Numbered from the stretch's first letter, positions 25,835 to 38,440 are shown. The stretch: 64,000 bases of DNA from Callorhinchus milii (GCF_018977255.1 NW_024704743.1:36768001-36832000), one strand, 5' to 3'. Program-made: numbers and translations. Notes: a model not told the origin generated them from the sequence alone.

Positions 25835-28011
25835 ACGTTCTGTCACTTAAAGCAGTTAAGTTGTCATAGAGATGCTATATAAAGAAATTGAGCTGTCAAT
25901 TTATATATAATGCTACTTACTTTAGCTGACAAAAAAATGATTGGGGCATTATGGGCATTATTCATTCTACAATTGTCAGTACATTTGCAGGCCACTGCCA
26001 ACAAGCACTAGTAATGAGAAATCCATTATAATGGTCACATAATGGTCATTGTGGAGAAATTACAGTCATTTTATCAAATATGTCATGTAATTGGTAGGGG
26101 TTGTGATCAAAAGTAAAATAGTTTTTAAAAAAACTGAGGGAGTAGGCCTCATTTTTCCTCTCATTATTTACTGAGTATACTTTGCAGAATAAGTATATGA
26201 ATGTGTGAATGAAGCCTGTAATTTTTTTGTCTGGCAGAGCAGGAAGATTTGGTTTTATAGAACATAGTATGTGGAGCGGAAAAGGAGGACTGGCTGGACT
26301 TCTGCTTAACCGATCTGAGTAACATCACCAGTCAAATCAATGCTAAACCCCTCTAGAATGGTCATTTCCAGTATCGAATAGGATCACAGTTTAAAGTATG
26401 GAAGAAGTTTGGTTTAATATTTAAAATGTCGCAGGACTTTCGTCTCACACATCAACAACATCAACAAATCATATTTGTACAGCGCCTTCCACGTCGGGGG
26501 GACATCCCAAGGCGGTGGATAGTCATGGATTTGGATCTAAGCAGGGGATTGGGATCAGGAGGGGTGGAGGGTAGGGGTGGGAGAGTGACCGAAGCCGCAG
26601 TGAAAGAGGAGGGTCTTCACACGCCTCTTGAAGAAGGCACTTCACAGAGCAGTATTTTTTTTAAGATTTTGAGAAGTTTCAGTTATGTATTTATTGCATT
26701 TTATCTTCTCTGTAGAATTTGCCTTAAAAGTAAATGAATCAAAGTTGACGTTCTTGATTCAAATCTTAAAATATAACGTAGGTAGTTTACTAGAGCAGGC
26801 ACTGGCTGTTCTAAACCAGCTGTTTTTGAACAAAGAACAATTCTAAAGATGTAAATGAATTTTACATCAGCATTTTAACTTCAGGCAGCCATCTGCATCA
26901 CCATCAAATACTTGTAGTGTGCACAGGAACTCTCTCAAATCCCAGTACACCACAGGTGCATACAACCTAATTCACATGTAACAAAGAATGGACCCGAGGG
27001 AGCATCTGCTTCTGCTGCTGCTACTAAACATTTATTCCCTGGTCGGCTCTTGGGATTGATAGTTTGATAATGCTCTCAAGGATCATACTGCTGTTTATGC
27101 ACTGTTCTATTCGAGAGCAGATGCATGCGCCTAAGATTAACCCATCGCAATTCAGATTGATCTTGATCTCCCTCTTTCATTTCTCTCAATTTTCAAGCAT
27201 TTTGTACCTTGCTGTTATATATCTCGGAGCGTGGAAAATCAAAAGCTTATGTTCACCCCAGAGTTTCATACAGCAAAACTAACTTAAAATGGAATATTAT
27301 ATGTTGACAGAAGTCTTAATAGGTTTACAAAATCTTCAACAGTAGAGGCAAAAAGGTGCTTTTTGGAGTATTTCCTCCTGGAAATAAGGAATCCCCTTTA
27401 ATACCGTGCTGCCTCCCTTGGAGTGCAGGTCTATTGCGGATCTTGTACGAGTTCTAAAGAGTCTCTATTTGTGTAACTTGTATTTCCAGTGAAGAGTAAT
27501 TTCAAATATCAAAAAAATCAGTTAGTAAATATAAATTCCTGCATGTACTAAAAATATTATTTATATGGGTCTCAGGCCAGCAATGGATAATAATCCCATT
27601 ATCCCATATAATCTTCTATCCCCTAATGGAAAGGGATCACCAGTGGAGAGACGCATCTCGGTACCTGAGGCAAATCTTTTTGCAAATCTAGCATTTCAGA
27701 CCTCAATTTGTTAAGGGAAAGTATTTCCAAAGTACTCTGCTCTTTTGAGGTCAGGTTAAATAATATATGATTGACGTCCTCTGAACTAGTGAATCATTTA
27801 AATTATTTTCTCTCTTCCTCAAAGACAATCCAATTCTCTACTTACCAAGGAGTAACTCAGCTTCATGAATTACGACCACATAGGGCTCAAAACAGATTGA
27901 CATTACCAATCAAGAGACATCTCAGTGTGCAGTTTTACTTGTTCAGCCAACTCTGAAATTCCAGGTTTGGATATCTCCTGTTTGGTATAATGGGAAGGGA
28001 AAACTCTTGAC

Positions 28012-28375
28012 TTTTTTTTAGTCGGCCGAGTGTCTTGACACATCCAGAAAACCATCGTCACGCTTAAGAATATCCAAACTAGTCTGAAAGTTCAACATAT
28101 GCATGCTACCCAGGCATTGAAATTACTCATTTGTCTGGAATAGAATACTCACTCTCTCCCCAGAGGGATGTACCCTGCTTATCTAAATCTGGAAAGTAAT
28201 AGGCACAGGTTCGCAAGAGTCAAGGTTTGGGCACCCCAGTGTGTGTTGGAGTACTGCTGGAATTTAACCAGTTAAAATTGCATACCTTGATATTGAAACT
28301 ATTGTCTGCCAAGCTTCCTGCTGTTTGTCCAACTTGGACCATCCTATTATGTAGACTTGCGTTGCAGGGTTAACA
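28012..28375 (-). repeat. Unclassified structured repeat family X, older copy
   Basis: Homologous to 31095-31684 and 55424-55905; begins with a T-run (A-tail on minus). Confidence 0.8.
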
Positions 28376-28384
28376 CTCGTCTGA

Positions 28385-28820
28385 CTCCCCATTCCCCAGA
28401 GGACAGAGTTCAAAATCCTTGGCCTCGCCTTCAAAAACCTCCACGGCCTTGCTCCTTCCTACCGCTGTGACTTGCTAACGCCATATCAACCTGTCCGCTG
28501 CCTCCACTCAACAGGCTCTGGCTTGCTCCACGTCCTCCCACCCGGCCCATCCCACCATCGGCAGTCGAGACTTCAGCATCTCTACCTCTACCCTTTGGAA
28601 CTCCGTCCCACATTCCCTTTGCCTTGCTTCCTCCGTTGACTCCTTCAAGACATGTTTCAAGACCCTCCTCTTCAACTTTGCCTTCAGTCACCCTCTAACC
28701 CCTACCCTCCATCCCTCCTGATCCCAACCCCCTGCTTGGGTTCACATCCCTGACTGTCCAACTCCTTGAGATATCCTCCCGAAGTGAAAGGCGCTATACA
28801 AGTGTAATTTGTTGTTGATG
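28385..28820 (+). mobile_element. L2 LINE 3' end
   Basis: ORF2 C-terminal remnant and tail gaagtgaaaggcgctatacaagtgtaatttgttgttg. Confidence 0.82.
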
Positions 28821-30394
28821 TGTGAATCCTTGCCCCAGTAACCCTTTCCCCTCCCCTCCTCCTTCGCTCTGTGTCCAATCCCACCATTGTGCAGTACTCC
28901 AAGACACTATTCTACATGAAGGATGCTAAATAAATACAAGTTGTTGTTGAACCATGCAGGTGAACCTGCAGTTTCAGATTGTTAGAGGGAATATATTCTT
29001 TGTTTTCACGACTCAAACTTTTCCCCTGCTCCTCTCTGAGGACAGATTGTATCATACATATGGAAATGTTCCCGAGGTGCCCACAGTACATCATTCAAGT
29101 GCATTATTTAGGTGTGAGCCTGGACAATGGGGTGCTGATTTCTAATGGGATTTCTTCATAATTAAACTGGAATCATGTCTGCAACTGCAGGAACTTTACT
29201 GCAATGCAATCTACTCTCAGAGCAGAGTTGCTGTGAGTCAGCGTGATGTGGGTGACCTACTTACAGAAGCAGTCCCCACTCAGAGCCCTAATTAAAGAAT
29301 CCTATTTGCAAATTAAACCCAATGAGTATCGGCAAGCTGTTCAAGTACAGAGGCATCACAGCTGAGTCAGATTCTGTCTTCACCCAGTGCCCACATATAT
29401 GCACTTTCAAGTAATGGTCCCTGGATAACAATCGAGAACAGGGACCTTGATTGATTTTCTGCTCCCTTGCCCAGAGGCGCTGAAGCCAATTTGAGTCAGT
29501 ATATTCAATTTAAAGCGTCTCTTGCAGGTTCTGATACTTTGAGCCTTTTTAAAACTTTGCTAAGAGGAGATGAATACTTTACGTTGAAAGTGATGACCCT
29601 CCCCAACCTCAACACATATGCCTTCTTTAAAGAATTTTAAAAAAAATCCCTTTCCTCCAAGGCTATCAAGGGATCCCAGATTAATGATAAGAGGTGACCG
29701 AACCATGCTCAGCTCTGCTCACTTGAATCCCTGTGGAAAACTGATGCATTACTGTGCAATTCAACAAAATACCCTCCTATTCCCTATGCTAAATATAATG
29801 TCCAGGGGACCCATTTACTTTAATATGTAACCTCTCCTGCTAACTAGGGAAAATCCAACAGAGAACTGAAAAGCAGATTGTTAGGAGCTCTAGCACATGT
29901 TGGCTTCATGAATAATTCAGGTTGACACCGGGATGAACAAAACCTAATGAGGTATTGGTGGTCCCAGCATTGTGCAGACTTGTGGTCTTTTTATGCTGTT
30001 TTAATAAGACTACTTTACCTCCAGAATCTGGAGGCAATTCACCAAATTTAGGAAAATATGTTTAGGAGTTGGATCTCGTTTTTCTTACTTTGCCATCCCC
30101 CATTCATTTTTACTCTGCTAACTTTCGCCTGCTCCATGATGCCCCTCTACCCGCTTCACAGCACAAGGCTTCAAAACTTTGTCCCTTCCCTCTGGAACTC
30201 TCTTTCCAAATTCTTCTGCTTTGCCTCCTCATTCTTAGATTTGCAAGTGGGTTTTGAAAACTATCTCTTTGACTGCGTTTTCAGCCATTTTCTCTCACTA
30301 TTCCTGTCTCCAGAACAAGGGGGCAAATTGCCTAGTTCTTAACATTGAAACATGCACTTGTCAAATGACCAAATAGTGACTAACCTCCTGAGGG

Positions 30395-30960
30395 AGGTGG
30401 GGTGAGAGTGAGGTCTCCTTGGAGCTTAACTAGCTCCAAGGTGACATGCTTGGCAACAGAATGTAAGAATCGAGCCAACCTTCTGACAGCCCATCAGCAG
30501 GATTTGGAAGAGCTCATCAGCAGGATTTGGAAGGGCAGACCACAGTCACTGGGGGCAGGGTCTATTCCCACTCAGCGCTCATTAATCCTGCAAGCCAAAG
30601 CCCTAATGGATAGGGTGGCACTAGCTGGATAATCAGCAGGAAAGCTTGCCAAACAGTGCTTTCAGTGGTAAGCTGTGCAATTATTAACTGGTTGGACTCC
30701 AGCAGTACCCTGAAACACACACTCTGGGGTCCCCAAGCCTTGGCTCTTCAACCTATGACTAATACTCTCCAAAATTAGCTAAGCAGGATGCATCCCTCTA
30801 AGGAGAGAGTACACATTCCATTCCAATAAATGTTGTTGTTGTAAATATCTCTGGAATCTCCATATATAGGTGAGATGCATGGAACACTCAGTTTTGTTTG
30901 GATACTCTTAAGCATGGTGATGGTTTCCACATGTGTCAGACACCCAACTAACCAAAAAAA
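30395..30960 (+). repeat. Unclassified structured repeat family X
   Basis: Colinear with 31095-31684; ends cacatgtgtcagacacccaactaacc(A)7. Confidence 0.85.
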
Positions 30961-31075
30961 GGGGTATGGGGAGAAGGCAGGGCAATGGGATTGAATTGAA
31001 TATTGCTGTGAAAGTCGATCCAGAATCAGTGGACCAAATGGCTTCTTCCTGTGCTGTAAATTTCTATGATTCTCT
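30961..31075 (+). mobile_element. CR1 LINE 3' tail
   Basis: ..ggaccaaatggcttcttcctgtgctgtaaatttctatgattct, typical CR1 3' end. Confidence 0.75.
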
Positions 31076-31094
31076 GCCATCAGATTTGTATCGC

Positions 31095-31684
31095 AGTGAC
31101 CTTGAAGCTGAACTGGCTCCAAGTTAACTTGCCTGGTAATGGAATGTCGGAATTGAGCCAGCCCTCTGTGGTGGTTTCGGCGGTCTAGTTCCTGAGCCAA
31201 GTGAGTCGACAGTATTCCAGGGCGCTGCTGATAACAGTACAGCCAGACTGGCACATCGGCGGGACCTGGAAAGGTAGACCAATCACTGGGGGCAGGGAGC
31301 CATCCCATCAGCTCCTGTTAACCCTGCGAGCCAAAGCCCTAATGGTTAGGGTGGTCCTCGCTGGACAAGCAGTGGGAAAGCTTACCAGACATCAATATCA
31401 ATGGCAAGCTATGGGTTTTTAGCTAGTTAGATTCCAGTAGTACCCCAACACACTCTCTGGGGTCCCCAAGCCTTGGCTCTTGCCAACTGGCACCTAATAC
31501 TTTCTGGAATTAGGTAAGCAGGATGCATCCCTCCAGGGAAAGAGGGCACATTCCATTCCAACAATCTATCTCTGGAAGTCCCATGTGTAGGTGGGATGCA
31601 TGGAAATCTCAGCTTGGTTTGGATACCCTTGAGCATGGTGATAGGTTTCTACATGTGTCAGACACCCAGCTGACAAAAAAAAAA
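31095..31684 (+). repeat. Unclassified structured repeat family X, most complete copy
   Basis: ~590 bp, many hairpins, ends gtgtcagacacccagctgac(A)10. Confidence 0.88.
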
Positions 31685-31794
31685 TCACGGTGACGTTGAT
31701 GCCTTTGTACAAACGCAAAACCATCCTAAATTTCCTTACGCGGTTGCTGTTACCCAAATATACCAACAGAACCTGAAAAATAATCTTAAGCATG

Positions 31795-31935
31795 TAGATA
31801 TTAAAGAGGAGAGGGCCAAGGACAGAGCCCTGGGGATGCCAGACTTGACAGTGCGGGGGCTGGAGGAGAAACCGTTAGAGGCAACAAAGTGGAGACAGTG
31901 AGAGAGATAGGAATCAAACCAGGCAATAAATGCCA
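31795..31935 (-). mobile_element. L2 RT fragment
   Basis: WFDSYLSHCLHFVASNGFSSSPRTVKSGIP.. on the minus strand. Confidence 0.75.
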
Positions 31936-32099
31936 ATTGTTGTTGTTGTTATCCCATTTTCCCAGAAGATGTTGGCTCATGCTGAAATACAGTTCTAGGG
32001 AAGCCTAGATGTTATTTTGGTATCTCACTGAGGCACTCTTCTTCGTTTTCGAACCTAGACAGTAAACGTCAGTAAGATATTGAACAACAGAGGCGTCAT

Positions 32100-32390
32100 A
32101 TTTGCGGTCTGCTCCTGTCCCCCCCACTAACATATATGCACACACATTAATATATGTACACTTGATTTACCACAGGGGTCACTGGCCCTGGTTCAGGAAG
32201 TCTGGCAGATAATTTTCCACTGTCTAACAAAGCAGTGCAGAGCCCAATTGCAGCATACCCTAATGACTACCGTTGTTGAGATCTTCTAACTCAGCACAAA
32301 CCAGGGGCAAACCTTGGACATTTGACATCTTTGTGGCTCAGTTTTCATACTACACGAGGGCGTTTTAGCCAATTTAGCCACTGGGAGAGC
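32100..32390 (-). mobile_element. Old tRNA-like SINE family (family C); other fragments near 4290, 9560-9860, 11165-11315, 18735-18900, 20950-21200, 29320-29490, 42130-42350, 45095-45290, 48380-48520, 52733-52910
   Basis: Shared motifs tgtgctgagttag..gatctc, ctacaattg, cagtgacccctg.tgga, ctcacacatgaagaatg; A-box-like start gctctcccagtggct; B-box-like ggttcaaatcc at 42181. Confidence 0.6.
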
Positions 32391-34099
32391 TCACATTGTG
32401 AGATATTTTGAGCTGAGGAATGATTTTGTAAAGAAGAGGAGTTTTAACAGTTACTGCAGTTTATCATGTGGAGGCATCACGTTAGGACCAGTGATAATGA
32501 GCAAGTAATACGATTTCATTCCCATGGCATATCACTGCTCAGGGCTGTAAAAATGACTATAACGGGAGTAACTGACAGTATATTCTAATCTTAGCAATCG
32601 GATGAAGTCCTAATCCACAAAGCAAACCACAAGCAATTTATGGATGCCATCTGAATCCTGTGATTAGATTACAGCTTAAATTCACTCGCTAGTCTTATAT
32701 TTTGGAATTTAGTTTTTATCATTTCTTCCCTCTCCCTCAAAATCTCTCCACATACATTTTCTGGGACCCCAATTGGAATTTTGCCCACAAAATATGCAGT
32801 CAATTCACTTTACAGTATATTAATATTGTTCTATAGTCAGCTGAAAGTGATGTAACAAGACATTCGTTGATCAGATGGGTGAATGCAGCAGCCAAGTGTA
32901 CACACCATCAATATCCCTAATAAGATGTCTAAGTGACTCACAAATAGTCGTGGATTAATTGAAAAATTATTATTATTTTTTTTGAAGGGATTATTACCCC
33001 CGGAAAGCGATCCGCCAATCGACTAACAACTAGGTTCCTACTTACTGCGAGGTAAACAGAAGAGTGTGAAGTAAGGAAACTTGCCCAATATTTCGCCTTG
33101 CCTGGGAATTGAACCAGAGTCCTCTCGCTTGCCAGGCTCCTATTTGTAATCACTTTCTGGGACCCTAATGGAAAGTATATATTTTTCTGGATATCAGACT
33201 GATGGTATTTGGTTTGAACACTCTGATTCCCAGTCTGGCTCATCTCCATCAGGAGGACTTGGAAGGGTGGACCAGCTTGGGAGCATAAGCAACCAAATAT
33301 GGTTGCTTATGCTCCCAAACTGGCACATATACAATTCTCCGTATGAAAGATTCAACGACAACAAATTGCATTTATACCCCTTCATGCGGGGAGAGTCTCA
33401 GAGTGCTTAGTTTTTAGTTATTCAGTTTCCACCACACAGGATTAACAGACCAGTCACCTCGCAATACTGTTTACAGTGGTAGTAGAAAGTACGGAATATA
33501 AATTCAATATGAGTTTCAGCAACAATTATTACAGCGCATGAAGGAACGTGTTTTGGAAGAGATTTGCAACCTTGGTCATACTTGTTTGTTTAAGCTATCT
33601 TCAATAAATAAGTCACTGTAATCTACAAAAATGATCCCAAATCCCCAGCTGATTTTATTCATAGGTGAGCATTATCTGAGAGTAACAGAACAAAAAGTGA
33701 CTGTGTTCTGATGTTACAAAAGTGAAACTTTGTCAGATCAATGAGGATTTTCAAAACACTACCCAGCTGGCAGTCCACCAATGTAACCAAATACATTATT
33801 GTGTTTGCAGAATTTTAGAAGGCTGTTCTTTCACCTCTGGGAATAAGATTTTAATCTAGCACAGCCAGAGTTGCATTAAGGTTCAACGTAATAATTTCTT
33901 CTTAACATATTCAATGCCTGTATTTGAGAAATGGAAGTTAAATAAAGCAACTTTCTGTTTCGCCCACAAAATAGAGAGTCTATTCACTTTCCAGTGAAGC
34001 ACTTTGAAATGTCTTGAAGACATGATAAGGTGCTGAATCAAATGCAAGGATTATTGTTAAGAATACAGAATTTTTTTAAGATTTAAGGTTCATTACCCA

Positions 34100-34530
34100 G
34101 GGCGGTGGGTAGAAGAGGGGGACTTGAGAGATGAATTCAATGCCTTATTGTATTTAAGGGGTATCTCAAACAGGTGCAATGCGTGCCTGATGAATTCCAT
34201 TACAGTTTTGCCAAGAATACAACCCTTGGATAAACGTTTTGTGATAATGGAACAGGAGATTAGTACATTTAAATTTTTCCTGAGATCATGTTTGATTTAC
34301 CTGAAGTTCATTGTAACTTCTGAATGTATTTTTTAGTGTGCCAGCAAAGTTGCAAGGATGTTTAACTGTTCCACTATTGTTTTGAAATCCATCCTACAAT
34401 ATAAGCAGCACATATTCCACAGAACTGAATGCTCCAAGGTTATAGTGACGCTTCTCGATAAAGCATGTATTTAGCTTGAAAAAATATATAAAATGCAAAT
34501 TTAAAGTGTAATACCAAGAGTTTAAAAGTA
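34100..34530 (-). mobile_element. Old CR1-type LINE remnant
   Basis: Degenerate similarity to CR1 ORF2 3' part (ccacagaactgaatgctccaaggttatagtgacg = rc of RHYNLGAFSS-like region). Confidence 0.4.
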
Positions 34531-37500
34531 ACTGCTCAATTAGTCATTCTACAAACACTGGCCTTATTTACATAAATAATACTTAGATAATGTAAATTCC
34601 AGCTAATAGCTGAGTCAGAATTGTTTCTGTTATGCTGCAACTATGCTAACACCCATCTACGTCTCTCTCCCTTTCTCTCTATCTCTGAGCGGCAGTATGT
34701 ATTTTGCATCAACAACCATGCCTATTAGCTAGTATTTTGCTTCTTAAAATATAACCATGCAGCATAGTATGTCAAATAAACCGGCTTTGAACTGGATCTC
34801 AGCTCAGACGTAACTTATCCTAACTATACTATTAGGCATGTTGTGGAGCAGTATCAACATTGATTGAAGGACATGAGTGAGACCACCCGCGTAATTGATT
34901 GCAGGCGCTGTTTTTCTTCATCAGCTGGTGGTGAAGTAACCAAGCAGTTAAAAGGTTATCTGGTATCAAAGGATTATTTATGGAGGTTTTGATTTTTAAA
35001 AAATATAAATAGCTGCTGTGCCTTTTCTCAGGGAAACCACACCCCATAGTTTTATGCCAAAGCCTGCCTATAGCTCACTCTCCCCAACATATTGTAGCTG
35101 ATTGTTTTGGCATTCACAGCAGTGCAGATCATGATGCATCATAACGCCAATGTCATGTGCAGTTACTGTCATTTCTTCCACTTACTAAAAAGATAATAGC
35201 TTACTTATTGTGGGGGAGCGGTTCACAACAATGGGCCATGGCTCAAACTCAGAAGGAGAGGGTGAATTAAGAGATCAGTCTTAACTATTTTACATAGATA
35301 GCAGTTAACGTGTTGTACAGTTTGCCAGGGAGTCAGTGGATGTGGGGAATACATAATAATAATAATCCTTGCATTTGATATAACGCTTTTCACGTCTTCT
35401 AGACATCTCAAAGCGCTTCACAGAATATGCTGTAAAGTGAATTGACCGTATATTTGTGGGCGAAACATGACAGTTTCAAGAGAGAAGTGGGTAAATTTTA
35501 ATTGTGAAATGAATTGACGGATATGCAGGATAAGGAGTAATCATATTTGAACTTGAAATCGTATTTTACCCATCCAGCTTCTTTATCTCATTACCTTTTT
35601 TGCTCTCCAAATTATATGCTGCATCACTGCTGTCCGAGTTACAGAGGTTCCATTTTGTTTTGTCAATTTCTCCCCGCTCTGAAGTTGCCTTTGCTCTAAC
35701 ATCTCACCAAGCACCCATGATTAGGGTTACTTTTCGTTCTCATTTCTCTCTTAAGATTCCTTCTTTCGTTTGCTTCTAATTCTGTGTTTACCAAGCAGTG
35801 CTACAAATGATGGCGTCCCACTTTCACCATCTGTAAGTTAAAAGCTGCTGCCCTCACTGCTACCCTCCCTGAAGAACTGATTCACAGCATGTTTGGATAC
35901 AGCAGGTCCTTTGGAAAGAGGGTGGTTTTCCTACTTTATTTCCAGTCTGTGATCAAGTGACCTGCCATCCCATTCCAATCCCATATACTGTTTGACTGCA
36001 ACGTGCTTTTGGAGTATTGCTCTGTACAGACATTTCCCAGAGATTGAAAAAGTTCTGGCATACCTTAAAATAAATCTGAAATTCACAACTTCCAGACAAA
36101 TGCAGATTTACGAATAGTTTGTGTGTTACCACTTGTGGTGTAGGTTCCTGCCCACAGTGCAAACAAGGTGAAATTCCATAGCATAATCTCTATTGGAAGC
36201 GTCTGTGCAGTATGAATGAGGCATTATACAAAAAGAGAAGGGAGTTTTTCCCGGTGGCTTGGCCAAAATTCTTTCAGGTAAATTAGTCATTCACCTCCTG
36301 CTGTTTGTGGGATATTGCTATGAACAAAATAGCTGCTGCATCTCCCTACAAAAACAGTCACCACACTTGACATTAATTGCTGCAAAGCATTTTGAGATGT
36401 TTCAACATCATACAGTATCATAAAAAGTAAAGTTCTTTTTCTCCTTCACCCCTTTCAGTATTCTCACTCCTCTGCAGAAGGTGCTGACTCAATTTCTCTC
36501 AGTCTTTTGGTCATTTCTCATGTGTAAAAATCGAGTAACTTAGCTTTCCCCTCCCCTCTCCTCCAGTCAGCTCCGTGAAATATTTTGAGACATCCCCCCC
36601 AACATAAAAGCTACTAGAATCATAGAAATTTACAGAGCAGTAGGAGGCCATTCCACCATCAGGTCTGCACCAGCTCTCAGAGCTAAATAAATGTAAAGAC
36701 CCTCACTTGGGTAAACCTGGTGGTGTGGAAACCTGCATTGGATTTGGATAAATTAGGTGGCAAGTCACAAGCTGTCCTGTAAAGGTCCTCCCACCACACT
36801 GATAGCTGTCAGATAGCTGATGCAGAAACTTGGCGGCTTGGGGTGATAGCTACTGGGAAGCATAACCAAGATTCCAGTTTGTGAACACACATTCATGTGT
36901 TTGGAGACATCCTCTTGACATGAAAGGTGCTAGAATCATAAAAATTACAGACCCATCGAGTCTGTGGAACATTGCTGTACAAAAGATTGGCTGTCTCATT
37001 TACCCACAAAATACAGTCACTCAACTTTACATTCTATGAAGAGCTTTGAGATGTCCTTCTGATGTGAAAGGCGCTATATATCAAGTGCAACTATTATTAT
37101 TATTTTAACCATATAGACCAATAAGCTCTTAGGTACATTTCCGGGCTTGTGCTGTTGATCTCAGCCAGGATACCAGCAGTAGTGATAGCATTGGTGCCCA
37201 TGGTTAGGGATTCTATCAGATTTTTCTCTTATCTATTTTAACCATATCTACTCTAAACAGCAGTAAACTGATCCCATGCAAATGCTACTCGAACCAATTC
37301 ATTATTTTATCTCTTACCCTCCAGCAATAGGCCATCTGGCTTCCAAAAGTTTCAAATAAATTGAGCCAAGCTTTGATAGTATCTCCTCTTGCTGATAACT
37401 GTATCTGAACTGAGTAAATGTAGGTACTGCTGAACCAGAACTGACAATTTAAATAGAGAACAAATTAAACATGCTAAGATGTATTTAGAGCAACAATTTG

Positions 37501-37671
37501 TTTGTGTTAGACTCAATAGACTTGTAAATGTAATGAATTTCAGTTAAATCAGCAGTGAAATGGATGACAAAAGGTGAATTTGGTCGTTTTCCAACACATT
37601 ATAATTGATTAAGAAGTCAAGGCTACAACTCTTGCACTGAAAAGAGCTTGCCAGGAAATTCGCACCGTCTT

Positions 37672-37760
37672 AGACGGTGAGCGTGCCTGAGCCCAGGCAG
37701 TGAGCGTGGCTGAGCCCAGACGGTGAGCATGCCTGAGCTCAGGCGGTGAGCGTGCCTGAG
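37672..37760. repeat. GC-rich 23-bp minisatellite, ~4 units
   Basis: ag(a/g)c(g/a)gtgagcgtgcctgagccc repeated at 37672, 37695, 37718, 37741. Confidence 0.9.
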
Positions 37761-37859
37761 GCGATTAGGGTCAAATTGGAAAGATGCAAGGCTGACAGAT
37801 CTCATTAGTGTGCATGGGATACTTCTGTAGGTTAACCAGCTAAAACTGTGCACCTTGTC

Positions 37860-38095
37860 ATTGCAAACACTGACTGGCAGTTGGGAGTGAGAAATATACC
37901 ATAATTATTGCATTTACCACTAATTCTGCAAGCTTCCCACTGCTTACCCAGCTAGGACCAACCACCCTGCCCATTAAAGCTTTGGTTGGCAGGGTTAACA
38001 GGAGCCAGGAAGATTGCCAGCCCAGTCGACTCCGCCAAATCCTGCTTACGAACCATGCTGTCTGATCTGTCATCAGCAGTGCTTTGGAGTACTGC
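37860..38095 (-). repeat. Family X fragment
   Basis: gcttcccactgcttacccagctaggacc..ggcagggttaacaggagcc matches 55720-55790. Confidence 0.75.
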
Positions 38096-38099
38096 AAAC

Positions 38100-38440
38100 T
38101 ACAACAGCAGCTTGCATTTATATAGCACCCTTCACATGGGGAGTCTATGAGCGCTTAAAAGCAGTGTGGTTTGACACGAGGTCAGAAAGGGGGGAGCTGA
38201 CTGAAAGCATGGTCGAAGAGGAAAGTCTTCAGCTGTGATTTGAAGACTGGCAGAGAGGGGGCAAAATGGAGGGATTGAGCCCAGACAGTGAGCCAAGGAG
38301 TTCCAGAGATTTGAGGCGTAGTGGCTGAAAGTGGAGGGGATGAGGGACTGCAGCAGACATGTGCTAGTCTAGCAAAGGCGATGGGGAGAGGAATGGGGTG
38401 TGAGTAGATCAGAGAGGTACGAACGTGCCAGGGCATGCGG
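38100..38440 (-). mobile_element. L2 LINE 3' end
   Basis: ..FKSQLKTFLFDHAF on minus strand; tail motif gcatttatatagcacc. Confidence 0.78.

Noticed and set aside
31201..31422. Similar peptide (..LLLTLRAKALM.RVVLAG..) recurring in ORFs at 30402, 31201 and 37858
   Set aside because: Explained by the shared family X nucleotide sequence; no protein motif recognised
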